Assembly (NCBI RefSeq): GCF_009914755.1
Contig: NC_060940.1
Source of the DNA: the human T2T-CHM13v2.0 reference genome, Homo sapiens
Strand: one strand, 5' to 3'
Length of the DNA stretch: 64,000 nucleotides
In this document: piece by piece, positions 1 to 13,087 of the stretch
Layout: every line of letters starts with the position of its first letter
Numbering within the stretch: position 1 is the first letter of the stretch
Program-made: the position numbers and the translations under genes
The notes under the pieces: generated by a model
What the model saw: the letters and a program-made list of their open reading frames with translations, nothing else
Told to the model about the DNA's origin: nothing
Database searches by the model: none

Positions 1-78
1 CAGTGAGCAGAGATCTCACCATTACACTCCAGCCTGGGTGACAAGAGCAAAACTGCATCTCAAAAAAAAAAAAAAAAG
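1..78 (+). mobile_element. Alu 3' end with poly(A) tail (cut by window edge)
   Basis: CAGTGAGC..CACTCCAGCCTGGGTGACAAGAGC..CATCTC followed by an A run. Confidence 0.9.
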
Positions 79-621
79 GGGGTGAACTTGAAGGCAGGTC
101 CTGTGTCCATCTTTTCAGATTCTGTATCCCAGCACTTAGGACATAGACAAACACGAAGATGACAATCAATATTTGCCAAAATGAAAAAACAAAAGAAACA
201 TGTAACATCATGTAAAAGAAGCTGGTTAGGTGGAGAAATTTATTTACCATAGTCTTGCTTGTGGATCCAGTAGTGACTTTTACAGTTTATATCTAAATAG
301 AAGCTGGAGGCTTTGTTGGGGACTCATAGGCATAAAATATTATTTATTATAGAGTTAAATGCTACAAAGACAAATCTAATTAATAGGCCTATTTTCCTTT
401 TTAAATTCTACTCATAATTTCTTCATAGTTTTTATGATAAAAGTTTGGATTTTGATTAGAACTCCCATGATTTTGTGTCAGAATTAAAACTGGTATTAGA
501 ATAAATAATTCAAAAGCTAGAGAAAGAGTACAAAGAGAAGCCATGAGTTGCATTTGAATTATAATATTATGTCTTACAGATTTGGGGTATATGCTAAAGT
601 TACCAAAGTTGTAGAAAATAA

Positions 622-891
<270 letters not shown>

Positions 892-1729
892 CTATGAGTC
901 ACCACACCTGGTATGAGCCACCGTGCCTGGCCCACAATGACTTTTACACATGTTGTTAAATCATCTTACAGATTTTATAATTTGGGGGAAGAAAAGTTTT
1001 ACTAAATTGTCTTTTAATGGAAACTCTACAAGAACCAGAATCTTTGCTTTGTTCACTTATGTATCCATTCCTAGGCCTAGAAAAATGTCTGACACATAGC
1101 GGCAATTATTCATTGAATAAATGGACCCAGCGATAGTACATTGGCTATGCTATATGCATACATTAAAGATGTAGATTATCGACTTTCAAAAGATAATTAA
1201 TGTAACTTCTTACTGCTTCTGAACATGTTTGTGAGTTATATTGCTGAGGGACCTTTGTCTTCTCATTCTTTCATCTTAACCCAGTGTTATAAAATTGAAA
1301 TCACCAATATTATTCCATATCTAAAATTAATATCTACCTTGTAAAAAATATCACTCTGCTGCATTTGAGAATAGACTTTTTAGGTAATAATGATGCAATC
1401 CATAGGGTTTTTTGGGGGCACAGAGGGATTCATGCTAACAGAACATTTTATTTTCTATTTTCCCAGAGCTGTAAAACATGAAATTACGGTAGTATAAGGC
1501 ATATTTTTACTCTTTTTATAATTTTTTCTAAAAAAAATTAGTGTTTGTTCCCTATATAACTTTTAACTTTATAGGTAAATATTTGTTTCTTTCAGCTCCA
1601 GTTTTATGTGAAATAGAGTTTTCAGATTTATGTAGCATGGAAAGTTTTAATACGTAAGAGTTACTGATTTTTGCCAATCATTTTCTCAATTATTTCTTTT
1701 TTATCTTTAGTTGATTTTTTTGTAGTGAC

Positions 1730-2620
1730 ACATTTTGTTTCTAGTCTCATTTCCTTTTGTTTATATTCTATGTATATTTCATTTTTGGTTACTATGAGAA
1801 TTACATATAACATCCTAGAGTTATAACATTTTAATTTGAATTTATTTCAACTTAAGTTCAATCACATACCAAAATTCTACTGCTATATATATATAGCTCT
1901 ACTCTTTTTATGTTATTGATGTGACAAATTATATCTTTATTCATTGTATACCAGCTAACAGATTTACAATTACATTTTATGCATTTGCCTTTTAAATTAT
2001 GTAGAAAATAAAAAGCAGAGTTACAAACCAAAATTACAATAGGACTGTTTTTATGTTTGTTTATGTATTTACCTTTACCAGAGAGCTTTGTATATTCATA
2101 CAGCTTGCTTATTTACTTATATAGTTATTGCCTAGAGTTCATTTATTTCAACCTGAAGGACTTAACACTTCCTGAATGGCAAATTCAGGGATAAATGGAT
2201 TTTTTTCAGTTTTAAAAAAAAAATCCGGAAATGTCTTAATTTCTCCTTCATTTTTGAAGGATAAGTTTTCCAGCTATATATTTCTCAATTGACAGGTTTC
2301 TTCATTATTTTAAATATATAATCCACTGCCTACTGGCCTTCAAGGTTTCTGCCGAGAAATCAGCTGCTAATGTTATCTGGATCCCTATCTGTGAGAGTTG
2401 CTCTTCTCTCTGAGTTTTCAACATTCTCCCATTATCTTTTTTTTGTTTGTTTTTGAGACAAATAATTGTACATATTCATGGGATACAGAGTGATATTTTG
2501 ATACATGTATACAATGCCCAATGATCAAATAAGGATAATTAGCATATCCATCACCTCAAATATTTGTCATTTATTTGTATTGTGAACAGTCAACATTCTT
2601 TCTTCTAGTTTTTTAAATTT
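1730..2620 (-). mobile_element. Old L1M fragments, including an L1MA-type 3' end at ~2460-2610
   Basis: L1M-like text (GAGAAATCAGCTGCTAA; ATAATTGTACATATTCATGGGATACAGAGTGATATTTTGATACATG). Confidence 0.6.
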
Positions 2621-3805
2621 ATAAACATTTAAATTTTATTACAGAAATTTAAATTTTTTGATTCTGAAAAAGTCATATATGTATGCAACATTTTTTATCA
2701 TTTATTTATATATTTATGCATCTTTCCTTTTAGTTTTGACAGAGATTTTCTATTTTATCATTATTTCAAAAGAACTCTTACCTGTATTTATTTATCAATT
2801 ATATTTCCCTTGTTTTTTCCTAGTATATTAATTTATTTACTTATCTTCTAAAAATCCTCCATATAATCTGTTTATTTTGTTTCCTTTCTATAATTTCTTC
2901 AATAATTAGTTCTGTTCTATTTTCCATTAAAATATTTAAATCTTGTATGAATTTTTGTCAGATTAGAAATTTAGGGCGTTTCTTAATTTCTCTATACTCT
3001 AGCTTTTGACTTTTTTTTTCTGACCTAAGAGGTATTTAGAGCACATTTTAGATTTTTTATTTTGACTAATCATTTAAAATGTATACTAATCATCAATTTA
3101 AATAAAAAACTGGTCTATAGTGACAAAAATTACAAATGAGCCTAACTAATAAATTATCAGCTGTGTTTATATGTATAAGCATGCACAGATTTTGGTAAAT
3201 ATGTACATAGTATGTTGGTGAGCTTATTTTTATCATTCTTAACTCATTGTGTAGTCTAAACATTGGGGAAAAAATAAAATACAATAATCAGATGGTGTGA
3301 ATAAGAAAATTGTTCTAATGTTTGTAAACCAAGCAACTGTTTTAACTGCTCCCCTCTTCCTGATTGACTTCTAAAAGGGATTGATCCATATTGGGTCCTA
3401 TCATATACGTCACGGTATAACATCTCCAGCTATAAAATGGAAATTTGAGAATAACTTTGCTGCTACTCAGATACATTTTATTTCAAAAACATACACTAAG
3501 GTGTTGCTGTTGGATCTTTCCAAAAACGTATTCACACAGAACTTTCAATCACACTGAGCCATATTTGAACAATCTTTCAAGGTCAGCTCTGGCATAAGCT
3601 AACATTATACCATTTAACTCAGAAGTTTCTTTAGTATTTGATTAATGGGTTTATGTTTGATATGTAATGTAATTTTCTAATACTAAATCAAGTGGTAATT
3701 TTGTTAGTCAAGTTGATTTAGTGGCTTGGGAAGAAAGCTTTTAATGTTCCCCTAATTTTTCTTACCTTTGACATGATCCTTTACATGTCTTATTTTGCTT
3801 AGTGA

Positions 3806-4106
3806 TTTTTCTTTTTTTTTTTTTTTTTGAGACAGGGTCTTACTCTACCACCCAGGCTTGAGTGCAGTGGTGCAATCACAGCTCATTGCAGCCTTGACCT
3901 CCCAGACTCAAGCTATTCTTCCACCTCAGCCTCCCAAGTAGCTGGTACTACAGGCACATGCCACCAAACTTGGCTAATTTTTGTATTTTTTGTAGAGACA
4001 GAGTTTTGCCAAATTCTCAGGCTGGTCTGGAATTTCTGGGCTCAAGTAATCCTGCCTTGGCCTCCCAACATGCTGATATTACAGACATAAGCCACAGTAC
4101 CTGGCC
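3806..4106 (-). mobile_element. AluJ-like element
   Basis: Poly-T then GAGACAGGGTCTTACTC, ending CCTGGCC; diverged. Confidence 0.9.
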
Positions 4107-5202
4107 AGTTTTCTTTTTAAAAAAATCTATTGGTTATTAATTTGAAGGCTTCCTTTTCATAGCTGTGCTCCTTAATTGGGAGCAAACATGAATGGACCAC
4201 AACTTAGCCAATTTTCTATATACGATCTTTGCCATCCTAATTTAAAGGAATATTAATTCTTTCTTTTCCTCTTTCATTCCACAAACCTGTATTGACTACA
4301 TCTAAGTTCTAAATGGTGCACTGGATGTTGAAAAAGTTGATGATGAGCAAGAACAAAATTCCTGCTTTCAGGAGACTTACAGTTCAATATGGGAAATATA
4401 ATTTGTTAAAATATAAAAGTGCAATTGTGTTACATGCTGTACGAAGTACATGTTGACATGTGAGCATATAATAAATGGGCTGGAGGCCAGAGGATTGCCA
4501 AAGAGAATGGGCCTCCTGCTGAGATGAAAAGTTGAGCAGGGATTAGTTGGCGAAAGTGGAGGGACGATCCTTTCTAGGCAGGACGAAGAACATGTACAGA
4601 ATCTCTGAGGTGTGATGCGACAAAGTCTATATAAAAAACTGAAGAAAGGTCTAATGTGGCTTAAATACAGAAGCTAGTAGGAGAGGAGTCGAAAAGAGGC
4701 TGGAGAAGTAGAAAGTGTCTGCATTCTGCAGGAACTTATATTGTATAAAATATATTGTATATTGTATAAAAAGAATTTCTCTTTATTCTAAGTGCAATGT
4801 GAAGCCAATGAAGTGCTTTAAACAGGTGATGTGATTTGATTGAATTTATTACTTCACTTAACAAATATTCATTACATGCCCACTGTTTGTCAGATATTGC
4901 TGTAGCCCCTGGTGATACAGTAGGGAATAAAACAGGCAAAAATCCCTGTCCTCTTGCAGCTTATAATGGACTGCAATGTTTAATATGTCAGAGGAGGTCC
5001 ACGGAGGAGTGACTTCTAAGCAAGAATCTGAAAAAAATGAGGATATCTAAGGAGGGAACAAATGGTTCAAAAGCCCTATAATTGCAAGCAGGCATGATGA
5101 AGCAATTGCAGTTGTCCTGACTCTCAACACCGTGGAACTCAAAGGAGATGGAAAGATTCCTTCTCTCCCTCATATATTTTCTCTCTTTCTGTCTATATAT
5201 AT

Positions 5203-5302
5203 AGAATATGAGACATTTCCCTAATCATTATGTGTAATTACAATTACATATATATATGTAATTGTAATTACACATAATGATTAGGGAAATGTCTCATATT
5301 CT
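5203..5302. repeat. Perfect 100-bp spacerless AT-rich palindrome
   Basis: 5203-5252 is the exact reverse complement of 5253-5302; centre CATATATATATG. Confidence 0.95.
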
Positions 5303-7108
5303 TCTACTCAGAAATAAGCAATATAGCAATTACTGTTTTTTACATTTTACAGTTACAGTTTCAGAGAAAGTTTGATATTTATCTAAAATTGTTCAATGTA
5401 TGAACTTTTTCATTTGACAAACCATAATTGTACATATTCTTGGGATACAGAGTGATATTTTCTTTACATGTATAGAATGTGTAGTGATCAAATCAGGGTA
5501 ATTTCCACTAATTTAAAATGCCACCTTTATGTTATTGTAATTTATATATATACTATATATATACACACACACATATATATATATACATGTCCCCATACAG
5601 TGTGTGTGTGCACATGTACACACATGCATATGTGTATATAATGCCCAGTATAAGCAATGTGCACAAATAAAATTAGCTAACAGAGATAGTATAGAGTGAG
5701 AGGAGAGGCAGATTAATCTTTGAGGAAAAGCACAATTTTATAGCTGAATGGAGAAAGCTGAGGTGGTTTCTAAGATGGAGAATAAGATGAAAAATGTAAG
5801 TATGTTGTTTGACTGAATTCAAGAAAGAAGGGTAAAAGAGAAGAAAGTAGTGGTCTTATCATTAAATGCCACAGAGAGGTAAAGATAAAGACAACATATT
5901 GTTTTGGGTTGAGTAATTTAAGGGTTACCAAATTCCGTTTTGGAGGAGGAACAGATTCCATGTCCACTAGAATGGAATGAACAAGAAATGGAGGAGGAAA
6001 ATAGGTAGTTTTTCAAAAGTTTTCAAAAATATGAAAAGAAGAAATGAAGTGGTACTTGGAAGAGATTGTTGAAATGGGAGAGACTATGGTGGCTTGTTTA
6101 GAAGCAGTTGAGATAGATCCAATTGAGATAGAGATATTGACTATATAAACAAAAGAATGACAAATTAATAGTGTAATGGATAACTTGACTTTGGCAAATA
6201 TTGTGAATTTTTGTGAAAGTACAACTAAAAGGCAATGTCACTCCAATAATCACCAGAGTAATCAATTTGCTTATTGCTGTCCCTTTAAATATAGTTCTCT
6301 GGTATCAACTAACATGTTTTTAACTAATGATGCTTCTTAAAGAAAAGGGAAAAGACCTTTTTCTTTCTTTCAGTCTTCAATGATTCACTGCTTCATCTCG
6401 CTCCACCAAAGATAAATGAAATCTACATCTCTTATACATTAACAATGCATGACAATTTACAAATAGCTAAATTTTTGGAGCTAACTTTAAGTACCTGAAT
6501 GGAATTTAATCAACCCACTAATCTCCTTCTCACTTCTCAGTTATTTATCAAGTTTATGTCAAGGGACAAGGAAAAATTATCCAAACATTGTTTAAAACAA
6601 TCAATATTAATTAGTAACACTTATCCAGGGGGGTTTTTAACCTTTCCCCCACTCAAGGATTATTCTAATGTCAGAGTAGAATAAAAAATAAGTGCAGCGA
6701 TGCTGACTCTTCCAAGCTTAACATTTCTCACAAGTCAATTAGCTTTGTACTGGGAGGAGGGCGTGAAGGGCTGCTTGCGGTAGTTGTGTAGCAGCAGCAC
6801 AATGGCCGCAGACAAGGAAAACAGTTTCTAGGAATTCCTCGTATATAATTTTATATTTTTGACAAGATTAATGACCCATGCTCCCTTCCTCTCCATTTCT
6901 TTTTTTGGAATTCTGTTGGTATGTAGTTACTATATTTTATTAAAGGAAATTAGCCTTATCTCTTATTATATTTTATTAAAGAAAATTATTATATTATTCC
7001 TTTATATTTTTATTAAAGGATTTTATTATTATTAAAGGAAATTAGCCTTATCTCTTATTATATTTTTTATGACCTTCAAAGTAGTGTCTCTGCTTAAAAG
7101 TGTACCCT

Positions 7109-7402
7109 GGCCGGGCGTGGTGGCTCACACCTGTAATTCCAGCACTTTGGGAGGCCGAGGCGGGTGGATCACGAGGTCAGGAGATCGAGACCATCCTGGC
7201 TAACACGGTGAAACCCCGTCTGTACTAAAAATACAAAAAATTAGCAGGGCATAGTGGCGGGCGCCTGTAGTCCCAGCTACTCAGGAGGCTCAGGCAGGAG
7301 AATGGCGTGAACCCGGGAGACGGAGCTTGCGGTGAGCTGAGATCGCACCGCTGCACTCCAGCCTGGGCGACAGAGCAAGACTCCGTCTCAAAAAAAAAAA
7401 AA
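7109..7402 (+). mobile_element. AluY with TSD
   Basis: Diagnostic GAGATCGAGACCATCCTGGCTAACACGG and GAATGGCGTGAACCCGGGA; TSD AAAAGTGTACCCT / AAAAGTATACCCT. Confidence 0.93.
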
Positions 7403-7536
7403 GTATACCCTGAGGCACACATCAAGCGACATGTAGAGTTCATAAATTCTGGCCAAATGGTCATACCTCAAACCTCATCAGCAGTAAGGCTCTTTACTTG
7501 CACTGACAAATATGAACGCTGGGGAATTTGGAAATG

Positions 7537-7699
7537 ATATATAATATATAATATTATATATATAATAAATATATAATATATATAATACATATATAATATT
7601 ATATATGTAATAGATATACAATATATAATATATAATAGATATATAATATTATATATAATAGATATATAATATTATATATAATAGATATATAATATATAA
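7537..7699. repeat. (TA)-rich low-complexity tract
   Basis: ATATATAAT/AGATATATAAT units. Confidence 0.9.
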
Positions 7700-7734
7700 C
7701 TTTCCTTGTGATTTTCCTCTTAATTTTTTTCTAG

Positions 7735-7892
7735 CTGATCCATATGAATTCCTCTTATTAAGAAAAATAAAGCATCCAGGATTCAATGAAGAACTGACTA
7801 TCACCTTGTTAATCATTCAGAAACATGTTGCAGGCTTAAGCCATTTTTGATATAGATACTGAAACAATTACTTGCTAAGAGCAAACTTGAAG
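7735..7892 (+). ncRNA. Putative lncRNA exon (158 nt), subtelomeric LINC00266/AL627309-like family
   Basis: Acceptor TTTTTTTCTAG|CTG, donor GAAG|GTATGG; length agrees with recalled paralog exon (not verified). Confidence 0.6.
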
Positions 7893-8721
7893 GTATGGAT
7901 AAGGCCCTGAGTCATCTTCCTGAGCTGAATGATAGTTAAGCTGAATGTACGTATAAAATATGATTTTCTAACCACTTGCTCGCCAACAAGGAAAAGTTTT
8001 AAGTAGAGCAGAACCTGAATAGACAAGACATTTCTTTCTTTTGGTAGAAAATGATTTACCATCACTGTGTAGTTAATTGTAGACTAGGTAATTTTAACTT
8101 TGTGATTTATTGCCGGAGACATTTTCTTCTGTACTGTAAAGTGTGTGTCAAAAAAAAATAGCGATTTTGGAGGATTAGGGGACTTTGATAAATTGCCTGC
8201 AATTCTGGCAGTATGAACTGCATATTAATTTCTCTCTTTCAAGAACATTTTTATTTATTAATTCCTTACAAAAACTCCCTAAACTTTGGAACAGCTCTCA
8301 ATTGCCTGTATTCTTTTTTTTCTTATTATGGTACTCTTCTAGAGATTTGGCTTGCATCTGTGAATAAGCCAGGACATCTTCAGAAATTGTCTGATTAAAA
8401 ACACCACCAATGGAGTTTCATTAAATTTGTATTGCTCTGACTAGTGAAACACACACATCTACGTTGCTGAGGATATTTTACTGCAGTTCGAGTTGTAATA
8501 ATAGCTCTGTTTAAGATCCGTCAGTCACTTGAATCTTCTCTAAGGCTTTGTATGTTAGAAGTTAATTTGCTTTCTTACAAGGCCACATTCTATCTTGTAA
8601 CTAAACAACTGAATTTTATGTCTTAGCGTAGATGGTTTATTACTTTCTGGTTTTTCTTTAGTAAGAATCCTATAAAAACACTAGTATTTTTCTCTGAGTT
8701 TAAAATTCAATACATGCCTAC

Positions 8722-9102
8722 TGATATGGTTAGGCTTTGTATCCCCACCTGAATCTCATCTTGAATTGTAATCCCCATAGTCCCCATAATCCCCACAGGT
8801 CAAGGGAGAGACCAGGTGGAGGTAATTGAATCATGGGGGCAGTTTCCCCTGTGCTGTTCTTGTGATAGTGAGTTCTCACGAGATTTGATGGTTTTATAAG
8901 GGATTCTTTCCCCTTTGCTCGGCACTTCTTCATGCTGCCTTGCGAAGAAGCTGGCTTGCTTCCTCTTTGTCTTCCGCCATGATTGTAGATTTCCTGAGGC
9001 CTCCCAAGCTGTGCTGAACTGTGAGCCAATTAAACTTCTTTCCTTTATAAATTACCCAGTCTTGGGCAGTTCTTTATAGCAGTATGAAAACAGAAAAATA
9101 CA
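8722..9102 (+). mobile_element. THE1-family (MaLR) solo LTR with 5-bp TSD
   Basis: TGATATGG..AATACA termini; TSD CCTAC at 8717-8721 and 9103-9107. Confidence 0.9.
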
Positions 9103-9449
9103 CCTACTATGTAAAACTTAAAATACAAAAAAACAAAACATTATCTCACTAACATAGGAGCTAATATTTTGGTGTACTTTGTTTAGTATTTTATATTAAA
9201 AATATGTACATATATATTTATATATAATTAAGAACATGTATGTACAATCGTGCATACATCATGTACATACATCTACTTAAGAAAATAGCTATGTAATATA
9301 CCATTACTCAACTAGATTATAATTTTTTCTCCATTTCTTTATTGTAATTTATCATTTTCTACTTTTTTGTTTTCTCATTTTTATTGCATAATATTTAATT
9401 ATGCAAAAAATACATTAAATACATTGAAAATATATAGTGTAGCTATAAG

Positions 9450-10560
9450 AATAAAGAACGATGGTAAAACAAATGCTAATACCCACTACCTGACTTAAAG
9501 AATATGATATTATTTTTTTCCAATTGAAATTCCCTCAACTACTCAGAATTACTGCTATCCCTCTTATCCTTTCATTAATTTTCTTCTAGTTTTCTCACAT
9601 GTGAATCTATTTCTAAATACATTTCTTTATTTTGCAAGTTTTTGGACTTCATATAAATGTAACCATATTGTATATATTCTTCTTCAGCTTCTTAGTTTTT
9701 CACTAAACAATATGTTTTGCTGATACTTACATTCATATGTACAGTAATAGTTGATTTATTTTAATGGCTATATATTATTCCATTGTTAGAATACACCAGG
9801 ATTTATTTTTACTTATTTTTTTGCTGGAAAATTGGGTGTCTTTTTTATTTTTTGATATAACAAACAATGTTGTAATCATTTTGTATTTACTTCCTAGTCC
9901 ACTCCTGTAAGTTTCTCTTGAGTACATACTAGCAATGAATATGCTGAGTCACTGCATATACATACTCACAACTTTATTCTATAATGTAATATTCTATAAA
10001 GTAGCTGTATCAGTTTATACTTTAACCAGTAATGGACAAGATTTTCTGTTACTTCCCATCTTTGTTAATTATTACTTTTAGACTCTAACTTTTATCAGGC
10101 TCATGGATGTAAAAAGCATCTCAGGGTGGTTTTAATTTGCATTTATCTGCTCATCTATGAAGATGAGCTTCTTTTCATATAATTATGAGTCATTATTTTT
10201 GTTTTGCCTTCTTTTGTTTATGCATTTTGCTTGTTCTATGTCTTATTTTTCCTGTTGATTTTTGGGAGTTCATATATATTCTAAATGTATATTTATTCAC
10301 TTATATATATGTTGTAAATATTACAGTTTATGATTTGTCACCTTATGATATCTTCCAAATAGAGAAGCTTTATATTTTGATGTAGTCATATGTTCATTTT
10401 TCCTCCTTAATGTTTGTTTTTCTTGGTCCTATGACCTACCAAAAGTAACAAAAATTCTCATTTATTTTTAATCTAAATGTTTTAAGTATTTTCCTGGAAT
10501 TCACCTTGAATTGATTTCTATTGGAGATAGGTATCCAATCTAATTTGCCTCATATGGATA
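9450..10560 (-). mobile_element. Ancient L1M(E)-type fragment
   Basis: Diverged L1 3' motifs (GTGGTTTTAATTTGCATT, ATATATTCTAAAT); boundaries approximate. Confidence 0.55.
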
Positions 10561-10569
10561 ACCACTTGT

Positions 10570-11058
10570 TCTATTACTGCTGTAATAAATTTCTACAAAC
10601 TAAGTGACCTAAAATAACACAAACTTGTCATCTTACAGTGTACACAAGTCAGAAATCAGGCATGAATTTTAGTGAACTAAAATCAAGTTGTCGACAGGCA
10701 TGTTTCTTTATGGTGGCTAGGGTAGAATCCATATCCTGGCCTTTTCTATCTTCTAGAGAACATCAGCATTCCTTTTCTCATTGCCTCTCCTCTCTCTTTT
10801 TAAAGCTGGCAATGTCACATTTCTCTGACCATTCTTTCATTGTCACATCTCTCTCTGGACTCAGCTAAGAAAGGTTCTCCATTTTTAAGAACTCATGTGA
10901 TTAGACTGGGCCCATCTGGGTAACCCAGGAAGATCTCTCCATCTCGGTTTGCATCCTTAATCACATCTGATAAGCCTTTATTGCATTCAGTGTAACATAT
11001 TCACAGGTTCCAGGGTTAGGCATGGGCATCTTTGAGGGCCATTATTCTCCCTACCACA
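10570..11058. mobile_element. MLT1-type MaLR LTR
   Basis: CTATTACTGCTGTAATAAAT..TAACATATTCACAGGTTCCAGGGTTAGG..ATTCTCCCTACCACA. Confidence 0.7.
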
Positions 11059-12579
11059 TTATTTGCCTAGCATCTTTCATTACATTGTCCATCTATTTAC
11101 TTACTGATTTCTAATGACATCCAAATCAGTTACAACATTTTATGTAAGCATTGTTTTTATTTTTATGTTATTCCACTAGTCTATTTTTCTACTCATGAAT
11201 TATGGTACATGAGTTTATTTTTGCAACTTTAAGCTCAATAACATGTTTTAAGATTTCCTCAACTGTCTTTTTGCGCTTCTTCAGAAGTTGACTCTTTTGA
11301 CCCTTTGGTCTTCTATGCACATTTTAGAAATGCTTTGTTGAGGACTAAGAGGAATGCTAAGATTTTGATAGGAATTTCATTGAATTTTGAGTATATTCGC
11401 ATGCTACAATGGTTAGTGCTTTATACATGAAAATAATATATCCCTTCCTCTTTTCCTAGTATCATGAGATGTTTGTTAGGCAGACATGAATATTGAGTTG
11501 TATCAAATGTGGTTTTCTGCATTATTGTGGTGGTGATGTGATTTAGCTCCTTTAATTAGTTAATGTAATGAATTACATTTGTAGATTGCTCTAACTATTG
11601 AAACAAGCTTGAATTTCTGGAATAAGCCCAATGTGATATTTATTCAACAAATATTCATTGAGTATACCTAGTATGTAACATGCTTTAAGAATACACCAGT
11701 GAACCAAACAGAAATATCTTACATTACAGAACTTAACATGCCAGTATTTGGAGACAGACGATAAAAAAGTGAACATGTATATTTACAGTTTGTCAAGGAA
11801 TGATAAATGAAGACTCTTAAAGTAGATGGGGAATTGGGAGTGAAGTCTGTAATTTAAATAGGGTGGGCAGGAAAGCTTCACAGAGAATGGGACATTTAAG
11901 AATAGACTTGAAGGACAGGCAAGAGCAATCTCTATGTTTATATGGGAGAAAAGGTTCCAGGCAGATGCAGTAACAATGGCAAATATCCTGAAGTAGGATC
12001 ATGCTGGAGTTTTTGTGGAGCAGCAAGGAGGCTAGTGTGACTGCCACAGAATCACCCAAGGGAAGATGAGAAGATCAGACCAGACCAGCACTTGGGCATC
12101 TAATGGGAAAAGTTTCTCAAGCCATCATAAAAATTTCACTTTTACTATAAATACTACGAGAAACCATGGGATGTTTTACAGTAAGAAAGGTGGCATAATA
12201 TGTTACATGTTTTAAACAAACTCTATAGCTTCTGAGTTGATTGTAGGGGCTCATGGCAGAAGCAGAGGGAACATTTAGGAGACTACTGTAAAGAATATCA
12301 TGAAAAGAACAAACAACGCTATGTAACATGCTTAAATGGACTGAAGAAGATGTATAAAATCAAAATGATGTTACCTTCACACCTTGAATCAGTACGATAA
12401 ACCCCCCTCCCCAATCACAAAAGAAAAACTAAACACAAAAACCAGGCTTTGGTTGCTCAGACAATTTTACAGGTGAGTTCTAGCAAACATGCAAAGAACG
12501 TTTAATTGCACTGTTACAGAAATTCTTCTGGAGACAAGAAAATAAGACACATCACCCAACCAATTTCATAATAACAGTG

Positions 12580-13087
12580 TCAATGTATAATAACAGAAAA
12601 AGTGGATCTCCAAAGAAATAAATTTATTTGGAAATAAACAAGGATTATAATCTGAGATATTTGTGCTATGATCAATCATAGGTGCATCCCAAGAGGTTGA
12701 GGTAAGGAAAATATGTAAAGACAAAAAGAAGTCCATGCAAGCTGTTTTGAAACAAACATCATTGGTCACAGGGTCTGATGCAGGAGCTGGTGTTAACTTA
12801 CTGGCAGAAACAGCCATTGCTAGGCAAGTGTTCTTGTGAGGGTGGCTTATCTGAAATGCTGCAGTCTTGAGGAATTTTTTATGATAGGTCCTATTATAGA
12901 GACACCTACAGGATGAGCTGGACAAACAGAGTGTGCTGGGTGGGCAGAAATTTCTTGTGAGTTTATAGAAAGTCCTTGTGATAGTGCTTATCGTGGACAG
13001 ACACACAAGATCCCCTTTTTCATGACCCGGCTCCACTTTGCTTTGGGTCTGATGTAAGTGACTTTGCCTTGTCATTGGCAACTTTCA
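12580..13087 (-). mobile_element. ERV LTR-like fragment
   Basis: Reverse complement begins TGAAAGTTGCC; LTR-like composition; family not identified. Confidence 0.35.

Noticed and set aside
2462-5500. Near-identical ~37-bp segments at ~2462 and ~5424
   Set aside because: Both are L1MA-type 3' ends, so shared repeat ancestry explains the match.
12566-13081. 171-aa minus-strand ORF
   Set aside because: It overlaps an LTR-like fragment and shows no protein similarity I can recognise.
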